From positions 1,116,001 through 1,180,000 of the forward strand of contig NC_043008.1 of the NCBI RefSeq assembly GCF_006345805.1: 64,000 nt of DNA, in the 5' to 3' direction. This DNA comes from Octopus sinensis (Eukaryota). The notes under the pieces are model-generated. The model worked only from the letters and a program-made list of their open reading frames with translations, was not told where the DNA came from and ran no database searches. Of the stretch, positions 12,113-25,524 are shown piece by piece (positions within the stretch are counted from its first letter, which is position 1; each line of letters begins with the position of its first letter). The position numbers were made by a program, and so were the translations under genes.

Positions 12113-12358
12113 CATGTGTGAGTGTGGGTGGGTGTCTATGTTTGTATGTATGATTATATGTATATATACATACATATATACAAACATATATACATACATA
12201 CATGCATACATATATACATATGTATGTGCACGATTACAATAATGTGCTTGTTGTATTTACTGTTATGTATCATTTATGACTCGCTTAATAGCCAGTAGTG
12301 ACTTGCTAAAATGTTTACGAAAATTAGACTTATGTATATGTGAGTGTACATGATTCTA

Positions 12359-12412
<54 letters not shown>

Positions 12413-13291
12413 GTGTGTGTGTGTGTGTGCGTGTATGTGGTTATTTGCCTATGTGTGTCTAATATATGTATATAAAGATATATACTTATGTATACACACG
12501 CACACGCACACATATGAAGAGCAGTTATGCTTATTTTGTTGCTCACTATAGCGAGTATAATCAGTGCAATGAAATTCATGAAACAGTCATCTTAAATTTT
12601 TCCTGTTTCCTTTTAACACTAACACATACATACAAACACTAACACACACACACACGCCCATGTACAAACACGCACACACATACACACAAACACACACACA
12701 CGCCCACGCACATATGCAGTCTCATATATGTATGCAATATGTGCAATAGTATTGAACAGCGAGAATACGTGATTAGAACTCCGTTTCTGGAAAAATTATT
12801 GAAGTTCAGATGGACAACGTCGTCAATGTTTGAGTGGAAAGGTTTTTGCTCAGTCTTCAAGCGATTCGATTTAAAATGCTGGTAATCGCCTGTATTTTGG
12901 ATGAGAATACACGAGTTCAAACGAGACTATGTGATATTTCAAAATGGATAGATATATCAGAATAGGAATCTGATAATGATATCTCTTGTATTGGACCTGA
13001 ATATTTTTAAAAGTTTGCCTTCAATATAGATTAAGTAATCTCTGGTAAACGCAAATAATCGCAAGAACAAAACAAAAACAAAAAAGCCGACCCCGGGCTA
13101 ATACAACAGAAATGATACTTAACAGGTCTTTATTCATCGCATCCTAGGGTCTGGATATTCATTCCGTGTAGTCGGAGGTAATTACATACATGTTTCAATA
13201 AATTGCTTGAAAATAGTGGAAATTCTTCCACATGAAAATAATGTTAGAACTATTAACCCTTAACACACACAAACACAGACATGTATATATG

Positions 13292-13350
<59 letters not shown>

Positions 13351-14056
13351 CATATTTGTGTGTATATAATGTGTGTTCATGTAAGTTTCTTTGTGTGTTT
13401 GTTTATGTGTGTGTATGTGTGTGTTGCGAACACCTACCAAATTTCTATCGTTTTCCTACAGGTTCGCTGCATATTGTTCTCGCTTGTTGTCCATGGAAAC
13501 TTATGAGAGTAAACTGACCTTTTAGTCCTTTACAGGTCAAACATGGATGAAGGCTGACACAGTGCAGACTCGTTTGTATGCTTTGTTTGCAAAAGATAGA
13601 ACTTAGTGACCTCCATTTGGTTCTATTTCTTTCGTCCCTTCGCCGCTTGTTAGGGAGCAAATCTCTTCTCTCACTTCATGCATGACCTTTCATCCTACAA
13701 CAAAAGAACATTTAATCTTTTATCTTCGTAGACTCTCTTGCTCTCTCTCCTTCTATATTAACCAGATTATCTGCAACATTAATCCAGTGTACCACAACAA
13801 CTCTAAATTGTTCTAACTTGCTTTGTTACGATGGCAATGATAAATAGAGGACCAGTTAATATCTTCTTCCCTCATTTATTCGGTGCATATTATCGTTACA
13901 AATGAAGCTATTATTTGAAGATTTCCGATGTTTGCAAATAATTCACACTGAATCTTACACTTAATCGTAACAGATCACTGATTTCCGACATTCATAATCG
14001 CTATACTTAACCTTTGCATATACATGCATACATGCGTATATATATAATATTATATA

Positions 14057-14106
<50 letters not shown>

Positions 14107-14577
14107 TGTGTGCGTGTACACGGTGTCACAAAATAAAGACAGCCGAAATTTTGAGCTTTAATAACAATGAGTAAATGTGATAAAATACGAAAATTACACC
14201 TCATCAGCAAACGTTTGTGTGTCTGCTTTTTGTTTCAGGATAAATAAATCCAGATTTGTAAATTAGATAATGGAATGTTTATCACGCTTTGAGAGTGGAG
14301 AGAAGCCGTTCTTTCCTACGTCTGATTGATGAAGGTACGCTGCCGAACCCGGTGTTCAGTCATGAAAAGAAATTTGACATGGAACATACAGTAAAGTACC
14401 AGAATCACTGAATTTAGAGTTTATCTGGCTCTGTCGAGGGTAGACTCGTGATTCGACATCTAAAGCAATCGTCTGTTATGCTTTTAGCAGTTTGGCAAAA
14501 GAAACCCAACATAAGAATTACCAGACTTAAAAACATCAAAAGCATAATTACTGGTATCAATTATATATATATATATT

Positions 14578-14970
14578 CTAGCAGTATCGCCCGGCGTTGC
14601 TCGGGTTTGTAAGGGAAATAACTATATAAGCATTTTTAGAGAGTTATAGCCAAAAAATAGCAAAAAAATGCATTAAAAATTGAAAAAAAAATTAAGGTAA
14701 ATTTTTTTTAAATCGTTGATACATCGTAGATATTTTTAGAGTTACTTCCCTTATATAAAAGCGAAAAAAATGCATTAAAATGGAAAAATATGATGGTAAT
14801 TTATTTAAAAATCGTAGACTCATCGCAGACGCGCGCTAATACCCAGAAGGGCTCGATATGAATCACGACTATAAGATACCCGCTTTTGGTTAAACTGCAC
14901 CGCAAAATGTGGGAGTAGTTACGAATCTAAATCGTAGGAGACAGACACACAACTTCACTCTTATATAAGA
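14578..14970 (-). mobile_element. Non-autonomous Helitron (393 bp)
   Basis: On the minus strand it begins with TC after a host A and ends with hairpin CCCG-AGCAACGC-CGGG followed shortly by CTAG; no TSD or TIR, as expected for Helitrons. The 3' flank is A rather than the canonical T. Confidence 0.8.
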
Positions 14971-15766
14971 TGCTTTTTTTTTTCAGTCATAGAGTTAGAT
15001 TTATGAAGGTCTTCATAGAAATCCTTCGAATTCTGACTCGCTGCTTGATATAATGAAATTCGTATCCATTTTTTGTCAGAATTACAAATTTTGAAAATAC
15101 AATAGGAACAAATTTCGGAAAAAAATCTCCCATAATTCACGGAATTAAAATTACACTTCGATTTTTGTACAAAACTGTATTTGAAGTGTTTACGAAGTAT
15201 ATACGTGTTTTTCACGAATGTACTAAAGAGATTTACTCTGAGATTCTCATTTAAATATGAATAGGTAAATTCGGGCGGTTTGGTAACGAAAGGGTTTATA
15301 TAAGTGTCGTCTGTTTATACATAAACACGTTTCATACTTTCAGTTTATCTTCTCCTCAAATCACTTTGTCGCTATTTACTCTCCTTCCAAGAACATTTTC
15401 ACTCACTGTTATCTGTTAGCTTGCATACATTTTACTCATGTATCTATCAGCGTGATAGACAGAAACAAATATTACATCTAGTTTCACTTTATTCGTTGCA
15501 CACTGTGTGTGTGCGTTTGCGGTGTGCTGTAAACCAGACTAGAAAAGCATTTGACATACACACCAAATGTGAGTTTTCTGTAAATTTTGCTTAATTGGAG
15601 TTTAAATTTTAAAACTGGACCTGGCAAAACCCGATGCATTCTACTCTTAAAAATGCTAGGTAAATTGTAATTGAAGAAATCCTATATTGTAGATTTCTAT
15701 AACTGACAAAGGGAGGCAGATAAAATCTGCCTTTTATAATAAGATATATATATATATATATATATA

Positions 15767-15937
15767 GGCGCAGGAGTGGCTGTGTGGTAAGTAGCTTGCT
15801 AACCAACCACATGGTTCCGGGTTCAGTCCCACTGCGTGGCATCTTGGGCAAGTGTCTTCTACTATAGCCCCGGGCCGACCAATGCCTTGTGAGTGGATTT
15901 GGTAGACGGAAACTGAAAGAAGCCTGTCGTATATATG

Positions 15938-15970
<33 letters not shown>

Positions 15971-16176
15971 TTGTGTGTCTTTGTTTGTCCCCCTAGCATT
16001 GCTTGACAACCGATGCTCGTGTGTTTACGTCCTCGTCACTTCGCGGTTCGGCAAAAGGGACCGATATAATAAGTACTGGGTTTACCAAGAATAAGTCCCA
16101 GGGTCGATTTCCCGACTAAAGGCGGTGCTCCAGCATGGCCGCAGTCAAATGACTGAAACAAGTATGAGCAAAGAGT
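15767..16176 (+). mobile_element. tRNA-derived SINE family A, full length
   Basis: GGCGCAGGAGTGGCTGTGTGGTAAG head following a (TA)n tract, B-box GGTTCAGTCCC, core motif, microsatellite linker and conserved 3' end. Confidence 0.9.
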
Positions 16177-16180
16177 ATAT

Positions 16181-16225
<45 letters not shown>

Positions 16226-16674
16226 TATATATATATAATTGATCCCAGTAATTATGCTTTTTGCATAATATCAAGGTAAAATTGAAAGGTACGGCACGAA
16301 TGAAAATATATAGGGAAGAGAATTTGAAAATAGGTGGGTCATTGGTCATTCTTCTAAAACCGTATAAAAAATAGTGATTTCTAATGAACATTTAACAATG
16401 CAATACATGCTTTCTCCTATCAAATAATGTCTACAAATTATTTCTGTATATATGCTTCTAAACAAGTATGATTTCTGATGAACTTTAAACAATTATGAAC
16501 TTATTTTACTTCCTATTTTGGACACTTTTATGTAAACTGTTCACGCACAAAGCCTCCCTTAACATATTCTTATCATTGTCAAAGACTCTATTACTATATC
16601 TTAGTACATCTCTGTTAACTAATTGGTAACACCACGAAGCCTTACACTTTACTTTTGTAAATCCTTTCAAATCC

Positions 16675-16713
<39 letters not shown>

Positions 16714-16944
16714 ATGTATGTATGTATGTATGTATATATATGCATCTTAAACTACATAAACATGGCCATAATATAACCACGCTATATATTATGGAAACGA
16801 ACGTGTTAATTGATAAAGTTTCAAACAAAGAATCACTATTTCACTCATCATACGTTTTGTGAAACCGCCTTAGTATAATTCAAAAGTAATATTATCTTTC
16901 GAACTGAAAATTTGAGTAATACTGCTTTTCAATGCATTCATTAC

Positions 16945-16972
16945 CTGCTGATGGTGTAAGAGAGATAAGTGA
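16945..16972 (-). CDS. Candidate 28-nt micro-exon (all three frames open)
   Basis: Acceptor ACTTTCAG with an extended pyrimidine-rich stretch further upstream on the minus strand; donor CAG|GTAATG. Confidence 0.2.
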
Positions 16973-17214
16973 CTGAAAGTCTATCTTGTATTGAGAGGCA
17001 GTGCAAAAAGAATACGAGTGAGAGTGAGAAAAGAAAGAGAAAGCAAGATAGTGAGATAGGAAAGGAGAAAAAAGGAATAGGAGAATGACAGAAAGCGAGA
17101 AAGGGAGAAAAGATGCGTAAAATTCAACGAAAGATTAAATACAAGAGGGTAATGACTTGCAATCAGTAACTAAGAATATTTTTGTGTTAGACTCTGAGAC
17201 TCTATCACAAACCA

Positions 17215-17548
17215 GTGAGGGCGCGTGGCTTAGTGGTTAGGGCATTCGGCTCATGATCGTAAGGTTGTGAGTTCGATTCCCCGCGACGCGTTGTGTCCTT
17301 GAGCAAGACACTTTATTTCACGTTGCTCCAGTCCACTCAGCTGGCAAAAATGAGTTGTACTTGTATTTCAAAGGATAAGCCTTGTCACTCTCTGTGTCAC
17401 GCTGATTATCCCCGAGAACTACGTTAAGGGTACACGTGTCTGTGGAATGCTCAGCCATTTGCACGTTAATTTCACGAGCAAGCTGTTCCGTTGATCGTAT
17501 CAGCTGGGACCCTCGTCGTCGTAACCGGCGGAGTCTTTTTTTTTTAGA
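17215..17548 (+). mobile_element. tRNA-derived SINE family C, full length with 11-bp TSD
   Basis: A-box GTGGCTTAGTGGTTAG, B-box GTTCGATTCCC, CORE/Meta-like motif TTGTGTCCTTGAGCAAGACACTTTA; flanked by ATCACAAACCA at 17204-17214 and 17549-17559. Confidence 0.92.
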
Positions 17549-17816
17549 ATCACAAACCAAACTACAAGTATGAATTCTTTAAAGAGTCTTTGATAGGAGG
17601 CTTCCTCTTTTGATCAGGTTGACGCCAGACTTAAAATATTGTTTCCTTATTATCTCGCTTTCTTTTACAACAATTCAAAGTCTTTTGAGTAAACCTTTGG
17701 AAAAAACCCACTAAAGAATGGCGACTTTCTTTAATGAAGAGAAATGCACAAGCACCTACGCACACGCACCCCCCCACACAAAAACACATACAAACATAGG
17801 TGCGCACGGATATATA

Positions 17817-17869
<53 letters not shown>

Positions 17870-18319
17870 AGGAAAATAAGAGAGGGTAGAAAATGCTTTT
17901 TCAACTTAGCGTAAAGCATGAAAAACAATTAAATTGAGGAAAATGTTCTTTAAAATAATTCCATAGTTTCCAAATGCAAAGGACATTTTCCTTTTTTGTG
18001 TCTGTCTGGCTACGAATAAATGTTGGAAACGAAACATAAAGGCCTAATCTCTAGTATAATACCTATGCCATTTGCCTACTTCGGTAGTCATTCCGGTGAG
18101 GCTCTCGCTGTCTGTGGTCTTGTAAGAACATTGCTTTTGTACAGCAAACATTAGCTGGCAAATTGGCAGCACTTTACTTGCATCCGGTTTCCATTGAATT
18201 AAGTGTAATATTAGTTCCTTGAATAAATTACTTTGCACTCTTAACATCCTGAATTTCCTGGCTGCGCTATGGAACTTCTCTACCTCTAGTCGACAGTACG
18301 TAATATGTGTTTTCACTAA

Positions 18320-18505
18320 GGCGACGAGCTGGCAGAAACGTTAGGGCGCCGGGCGAAATGCTTTTGGTATGTCGTCTGACGTTACGTTCTGAGTTCAAAT
18401 TCCAACGAGGTCGATTTGTCTTTCATCCTTTTGGGTTCGATAAATTAAGTACCAGTTACGCACTGAGGTCGATAAATAGAGTTCTAGTTGCGTACTGGGG
18501 TTGAG
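18320..18505 (+). mobile_element. SINE family B, 3'-truncated
   Basis: GGCGACGAGCTGGCAGAAACGTTAG..GAGTTCAAATTCC..GATAAATTAAGTACCAGTTACGCAC. Confidence 0.85.
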
Positions 18506-18577
18506 CTAATACACACGCATATATATGTATGTATGTGTGTATGTATGTATGTATATATATATATATATATATATATA

Positions 18578-18820
18578 GTGAAGGCGCGTGGTTTAGCGTA
18601 TTCGGCTAACTATTATAATGTCGTGAGTCCAATTTCAGGTTACGCGTTGTGTCCTTGAGCAAGACACTTTATTTCATGTTGCTCTAGTCCACTCAGATGG
18701 CAAAAATGAGTGGTACCTGTATTTCAAAGGGCCAACATTGTTACACTCTGTGTCACACTTATTCTCCAAGAAAACCACGTATCAGCTGGAACCCTCACCG
18801 TTGTAAGCGACGGAGTGCTC
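18578..18820 (+). mobile_element. SINE family C with internal deletion
   Basis: Aligns to 17215-17535 (GTGAAGGCGCGTGG head, GTGTCCTTGAGCAAGACAC core, 3' GGAACCCTC..GACGGAGTG). Confidence 0.85.
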
Positions 18821-19090
18821 CTATATATATATATATATTATATATATATATATATATAATATATATAATATATATAATATATATATATATGTGTGTGGGG
18901 GTGCATATGTATATATATATGTATATATATGTATATGTATAAATGTATATGCGTGTGTATAGATCTGTATATATATCTACACTCACATTCATATATATAT
19001 TATAGTTGAAATTTATAGAAAAACGTAAGAAGACAGGAGTATGAACAAGAAGACGGTGTATTAGTTTGACGCCCAGGAAAATGAAGAAGT

Positions 19091-19127
19091 CTTTTTAAAT
19101 TTCGAGCCTACGCTCTTCAGCAGAAAG
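19091..19127 (-). ncRNA. Second copy of the family D hammerhead-like motif (C at core position 6, degenerate helix III)
   Basis: Minus strand CTTT-CTGCTGA-A-GAGC-GTAG-GCTC-GAAA-TT-TA-AAAAG. Confidence 0.45.
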
Positions 19128-19334
19128 GGATGAGAGAAAATAAACAATGAATGGAAAAATGTGTAGATTTAGCGGTCAAGCATGGTGGATGATTGGAAAA
19201 AAGTTTGAAAGATGAGGTTTAAAGAAAGGGAGAGAATATAGTGCTGGTAATACTAAAGGAAGAGGCGCGTGTGTGTGTCTGTGTGTATACATACACAGAC
19301 AGACACACTCGCCCAAACACAGACACAGATACAG

Positions 19335-19365
<31 letters not shown>

Positions 19366-19495
19366 GATATATATATATATTTTTACGGTTAAATTACGTA
19401 AAGGTATTTTAAAATGCGCCACATTTTTGATGGAATTTTTTTCTGTAAAAAAAGAATTCATCCTAGATTAGTAGTATATGTGTGTATATATATAT

Positions 19496-19534
<39 letters not shown>

Positions 19535-20801
19535 CACATATACGTATATACAACACGCAATTTTCTAAGAACTTTGAACTCCATACTGACACATATTTGC
19601 AATCCAAAGAATAGAGAAAAATAAATGATAAAAATGATAACCGATGAAAGCGAAATAACTTCAGCCAATATTTGCAAATCCATTCAGAATGCAGAGTTGT
19701 GTATTTTCCTAACCATTCCTCACAAAATGTATATTATCTTTGTGATAATTCTATTTCTATTTTTAACCAATTCATTTCCTCACTCGTTGAAAAGAAGCTA
19801 TCATCAAGTGATGCCAGAGAACATTGAAAGTAATTAGAGTCCACATGTCCACATGGGAACTCAAGTAAAAGCACACATGTACATTTACAGATGCGTTTGT
19901 ACACCAGTAGACGCATTTACATTAAGAGTATTACATAAACATACACTGAACTGTGTCTGATGCTTAACACTTTACAGTATCCAAGTTATCTGCTGCGATC
20001 TATAATCTTCTGTCCTCTTCATCATTCCCCAAGTGAGATGACTATTAGATTGCTGAAATGAAAGCTCTGTCTATTTGATGGACATTAACCTCGAGGGTAA
20101 TTAAATGGATCGTTTAATAACTGAAATTCTAACTTCATGACAACAACGAAAAATAGACGTTTCACATTTTAAGACAAAACACCGTAAATGAATTTTAAAA
20201 AGAAAAGAAAGAAAACACACGAATCATCAAAAAAAATATATATTCAATAAAAACTACATCAACAACATAAAAAACATTCTATAAGATTCTCTAATTATAT
20301 CCTTGCGCTAAAATGTAATTAATGTTATCATCACTCATTTAAGGTTATTTCGTATTCTACTTTAATCACTATTTTTTCAGAATTGTTTCGTTGTTGCCTA
20401 TTTAGAAAACAAACAAAAAGTAAGAATAAAAAGAGACCTCTCCCCCTCCAGAGAAATGTAACAACAACAACACCAACAAATGAATTGTAGAAATTTGTTT
20501 GATTTTTGGTTAAAAAGACAACTTGGCACGAAATACTTTTTATTTTAGAAAGACCACAAGAAGCCTTATCATCTTTATACACAATAAAATACAACAACAT
20601 TTAAGATAAAATATAAACGAGAACGGTTTTTGTGTAAATTGTTTCAAGAGATTTCTGACCACTGCCATGGCTGTCTGGTTAGAAAGCAGGTTGGCAACAG
20701 CTTTTCCCAGGTTGGATGCTATTATTATTCTACTACGCGGGTGCTCTGCAATTACAGTTTACAGCTGCGGAGATCAACTTCTTAAAATCGTTTATGTAGA
20801 G

Positions 20802-20832
<31 letters not shown>

Positions 20833-20835
<3 letters not shown>

Positions 20836-22456
20836 TGGCGGCCAAAATGTTCAGAACGGCATTGTTTTCGTCAGAAAAGTAGATATAATTTTTTATCAAA
20901 GTTCTTTTATATTCTATAATTTTCACAGACAATAAATACAATATTAATTGTTATTGCCGAATATTTTAGTGTAATTTGCGAGGAGAATACAAAAATTATG
21001 GATGATTTAGTGATTTACTGCAAAACCCATGGCGGCCAAAATGATCAGAACGGTTGCTTTTACTCCGTGTTTTGCTATATTTAACCGGCGAACTCTAATG
21101 TTTTGAATTTCTTTACGTGACGGTTCGTTTACTAAACATTAGTAAGAATATTTGCAGTATACTTTGTTAATATAATGCCACTTACTCCGTTACCAATTCA
21201 ACAACAAATTATTAAGCTTCGAAGGAAGGATTATTTAAGTATTGGATCTATTGCAAAGATTGTTAACAAGTCAAAAAGTGTTGTACACGGTATTATTAAG
21301 GTCTACGATGATTGTGGTTCGTGTGAAGCAAGAAAGTTTACAGGTAGGCCAAGAAAAACGACCAAGAGAGAAGATCGTGCTATGGTAAATTTGGTTAAAG
21401 AAGACAGATTTAAAACTGCTGCTGCTTTTTCTCGGAAAATGAGCCTTGTATTGAAGTAAACTTTATCTCGAAAAACTGTGTCTCGTCGTTTAGTTGAACA
21501 TGACCTACAAGCAAGAGCACCTGCAGTGAAGCCACCGATCAGCTCAAAGAATAAAAAGTGTCGTCTTACCTTTGCAACCGAACATGTGTTGTGGTCTCAA
21601 GAAAAATGGCAAACGGTGCATTTCAGTGATGAATCTAAGTGTATGTTATTTGGCTCAGATGGGAAAAGTAGAAAAGTAGGTGAAATATTGTCGCCTAAAT
21701 GCCTTAAGACTAGTGCTAAATTCGGTGGAGGAAGTGTCATGGTTTGGGGGGGGATGATATCTGGAGATGGTGTGGGCCATTTGGTGCGATTACATGGAAA
21801 GGTAAATGCAGGAGTTTATAAACAACTTGTAAAAGATCATGTCTTGCCTGTGCTGAGAAATTCAACTAAGCGTCCACCCATATTCATGCAGAACAATGCC
21901 CCACGTCACAAGGCTAAAGTGGTCATGAACTTCCTCAAGGCTGAAAAGGTTATTGTTATGGATTGGCCTGCTCAAAGCCCAGATATCAATCCTATTGAAA
22001 ATGTATGGAATATTCTAGGAGAACGTTCGAAAGCCAGAAATCCTAAAACAACTGAGCAATTATGGAATGCCCTTCAGGAAGAATGGAATAAGATCACCCA
22101 GCAAGAAATTGAAAATTTAATTTCCTCATGCAGTCGAAGATGTCGGAGTGTGATTGAAGCTAAATGGCTTCACACTAAATATGAAATAATTCCAGTATTC
22201 TCTGTCATTTTGATTATTTTGTTATTTTTTCAACCGTTCTGATCATTTTGGCCACCATGGGTTTTGCAGTAAATCACTAAATCATCCATAACTTTTGTAT
22301 TATCCTCTCAGATTACACCAACATCTCAGGCAATAAAATAACAATTAATATTATATTTATTGTCTGTGAAAATTATAGAATATAAAACTACTTTGATAAA
22401 AACATATACTTACTTTTCTGACGAAAACAATTCCGTTCTGAACATTTTGGCCGCAA

Positions 22457-22459
<3 letters not shown>
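20833..22459 (+). mobile_element. Full-length (1627 bp) Tc1-family DNA transposon with IR/DR terminal inverted repeats, inserted in a (TA)n tract
   Basis: TA|CAGTGGCGGCCAAAATGTTCAGAACGG ... CCGTTCTGAACATTTTGGCCGCAACTG|TA. Left IR 20833-21056 and right IR 22231-22459, each with an outer and an inner copy of GGCGGCCAAAATG(T/A)TCAGAACGG. Confidence 0.97.
21175..22242 (+). pseudogene. Inactivated Tc1 DD34E transposase
   Basis: The two supplied ORFs are in the same frame, split by TAA at 21457-21459. N-terminal HTH region with GRPRKT; first D in HFSDES (21628); second D mutated to N (QNNAP, 21892); E of SPDINPIE (21997) follows after 34 intervening residues; the natural stop after HTKY appears lost. 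Confidence 0.95.
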
Positions 22460-22549
<90 letters not shown>

Positions 22550-22579
22550 AGATACAAAGATAGATATATATTCAAGATG

Positions 22580-23890
22580 GCGACATGCTGATAGCACGTA
22601 CATTCACTACGTCGTTGAAATCCTCAAGAAATTATAAAGATGTATGTATGGAGTTAATGATGAGTATATTAAGGGAGGTGACAGGGGAGGTGGAGAGTTG
22701 GCAGATGAATGGGAGGGGGTGAATGTAATTGAAAGATTGTCTGCTCTGTTGGGTTTGTGCATAGATTTAAAAAAATTGTGATAATTGCTATAGAATTATT
22801 GGAATCTGAATTGTAAAATTATTGGAATATATATTGTTATATATAATATTAGAATTATTAGAATACGTTTTATTGAAAGTTGATAGGTCAGTACCTAATT
22901 GAATGAGGTAAGTTTAAATGCTTTTGTTTGAAGAGGAGAAATGAGACAAAAACACTTGTGAGGGTGGAGAGGGCATGAGGGAGGTGAGATGTGGTGGCTA
23001 ATTTGCAATAGGAAGGGTGATGTTACTGTAGGGGGCAAGTTTACGTACCTCGAGGTTAATTGTAATTAAGGATAATTATAGCAAAGGAATTACATAGATT
23101 TAACAAAATGGGCAAATGACGAGTAGAAGCTGTGTTTACGAAAACTATTACATTGAGAATCTATTAAGTATCGAGGGGTCTTGATTGCGAAAGATGTTTA
23201 GCGATTCCCTTAAAGATAATTTACATTTTGCGATGTTTGCGATGTATGGGGGAACCTTAATTACGATGGTTCAGGATAGAGTATAGGAGACATTTTAGAA
23301 TTTGAGGTTGTGTATGTTACTATGATGGTAGATTATTTAGAATTTGGATTGCAGAAACAGATCACGTGTGCTCGATAGTGGCGACTGAAATCAAAAATTG
23401 CGCCGATACAGACCCTTGCTTGTTGGGAGCAGGGTGTTATAACACTGGACTTCTTGACTACATATTTTCACACTCCAAAAGGACAGAGTTAAGATACTCG
23501 ACAATTGCAAATTTTCCTACCTGCTCTGTAATTACAGTTTACAGCTGCGGAGATCAACTTCTTAAAATAGGAACTGGAAGTCAAATCTGTATCAGTATTG
23601 AACTGTGAGGGGCCATCACACTAATATATGCGGCCATATGGGTAGGAAGGTCGGAAGGCGCCTTATGTTTTTACTACTTACTCGAGTGCGTTATTGAGGA
23701 TTGCATTATTACCATGCAAAAATAAAGGTAGGGGCAGTGGGACAAATTGTAGGTTTTAAAGACTGGCGTTGTAGTTGGCGTCTGTTATGGGGTAATTATG
23801 AATTTCAAATTAGATGTGGTAGAATAGGTGACTTTTACAGAAGATTTATTAAAGACAGGGTAGTGTTTATGCTGTGGCAGGACGTTAGAG
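22580..23890 (-). mobile_element. Degenerate Penelope-like element, 3' part (linker and GIY-YIG endonuclease region)
   Basis: Minus-strand translation LPQHKHYPVFNKSSVKVTYSTTSNLKFII, ICNCRVS*LCPFG and CKLSLRESLNIFRNQDPSILNR resembles the PLE pattern HKIFNRNTVKVSYSC..N / CNC....CP / C.LCL.EK..I......LN; many stops. Confidence 0.75.
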
Positions 23891-23909
23891 TTTAGAATTT
23901 TAAACATAC

Positions 23910-23942
<33 letters not shown>

Positions 23943-23945
<3 letters not shown>

Positions 23946-24097
23946 CGTTCTGAGTTCAAATTCCGCCGGGGTCGACTTTGCCTTTCATCATATTGGGGTC
24001 GATAAATTAAGTACCAGTTACGCACTGGGGTCGATGTAATCGACTTAATCCGTTTGTCTGTCCTCTAAGTTTAGCTCCTTGTGGGTAATAAAGAAAC
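23943..24097 (+). mobile_element. SINE family B, 3' part
   Basis: TTACGTTCTGAGTTCAAATTCCGCC..GTCGATAAATTAAGTACCAG..CTTGTGGGTAATAAAGAAA. Confidence 0.85.
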
Positions 24098-24664
24098 ATA
24101 TATATATATATGTGTGTGTGTGTGTATGTGTGTTTGTGCATGTTTGTGTGTGTAAGTGTGTGAGTTTGTGTACACAATGAATAAGACTGAGAAGAATGGA
24201 TTTAAATGAGAGCAAGAGAAGGAGCGAGAACGAGTGTGTGTGTGTGTGTTTGTGTATGTGCGTGTGTGTGTGTGGAGGTATGTGTGTGTGTAGGTGTTTG
24301 GAAATCATAGTTGGGAAGAAGAGCAAAGCGAAATGTGAGCAACACTTGAGAAACCTTGAGATATATAATAATATTATGTGTTTACAAAATATTATTAATT
24401 AGATGTTATGTACGTGATAAAGATGGGTTCGACGATTGCATTGTCAAATGAGCTGATAAAAGTAATGTGGACTTTTACGCATCCATTGACCATAAAACAG
24501 TTTTAAATTAGGTTATCTTAATAAACTTGTACTCTCTTTATAGCGAAAACGATAGCTAATTGCATTTAGGAACGTACCGAAGCATTCTTCAGCACGTCAC
24601 GGCTGCTAGTTGCACACTTATTCCTTTCTCTTTTCACACATGCTCTGTCTTTCTATACACACAT

Positions 24665-24751
<87 letters not shown>

Positions 24752-24969
24752 TACATATATGTATATATATACATATATATATGTATATATGTATGTATGT
24801 ATATATACATATGTAAATATATGTATGTATATATATATATATTAGATAGATAGATATATATATATATATGTATGCCTGTGTGTTCGTGTATATGTTTTCA
24901 TAACTATGTGTGCATATATCTATATCTATCTATCTAAGTAGCTATATTGCTAACTATATATATATATAT

Positions 24970-25026
<57 letters not shown>

Positions 25027-25057
25027 GTGTATATATGTATGTATATACATATATATA

Positions 25058-25250
25058 CGTGGTCTGATCATTAAGATACCGACTTTTGCAACAGTAACGC
25101 TGCTAAAGCACGCAGAACAAAGCTACGTGATGTAGTTTGACGTCCAAATGTGTTGTCGCATGCGCAATGAGTTTTAACGTTTTAGCTCACGTTCGCTGTT
25201 TAGGAACGTGTGTAGCATGTGACCGTCGCATTGACCATGATAGAGGGAAA
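25058..25250 (+). mobile_element. Mariner-family terminal fragment
   Basis: TA|CGTGGTCTGATCATTAAGATACCGAC..AGTAACGCTGCTAAAGCACGCAG matches TA|CATGGACTGATCAATAAGTATTCGGAC..AGTAACGAAGTTAAGGCACGCAG at 34114; starts at TA like mariner TIRs. Confidence 0.5.
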
Positions 25251-25524
25251 TATTTTGACACAAATTAAATTCAAATGTTGATTTGAAACTAACGATTTTG
25301 GAGTGTTCTTAAATAGCTTACAAACATCGTCCACGCTGCAATTGCTTTTGTTTCAGCGCACGATCTCAGATCATGTCACTTGCCATGCAATTACATCTAC
25401 ATAATATATACATATTTCGCTTTTGCATGGCGAGGTCAATGACCTAGTGTAGAACTCAATATTCATAATTTTCAGAACATGATGTTATATGAGTATATAT
25501 GAGTATATATATCTCACCGTCAAT

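Noticed and set aside
19976-20052. Candidate exon QSNSHLTWGMMKRTEDYRSQQITWIL for the minus-strand gene
   Set aside because: Good acceptor but only a weak donor (ACT|GTAAAG) just before an in-frame stop; not needed for a phase-compatible model.
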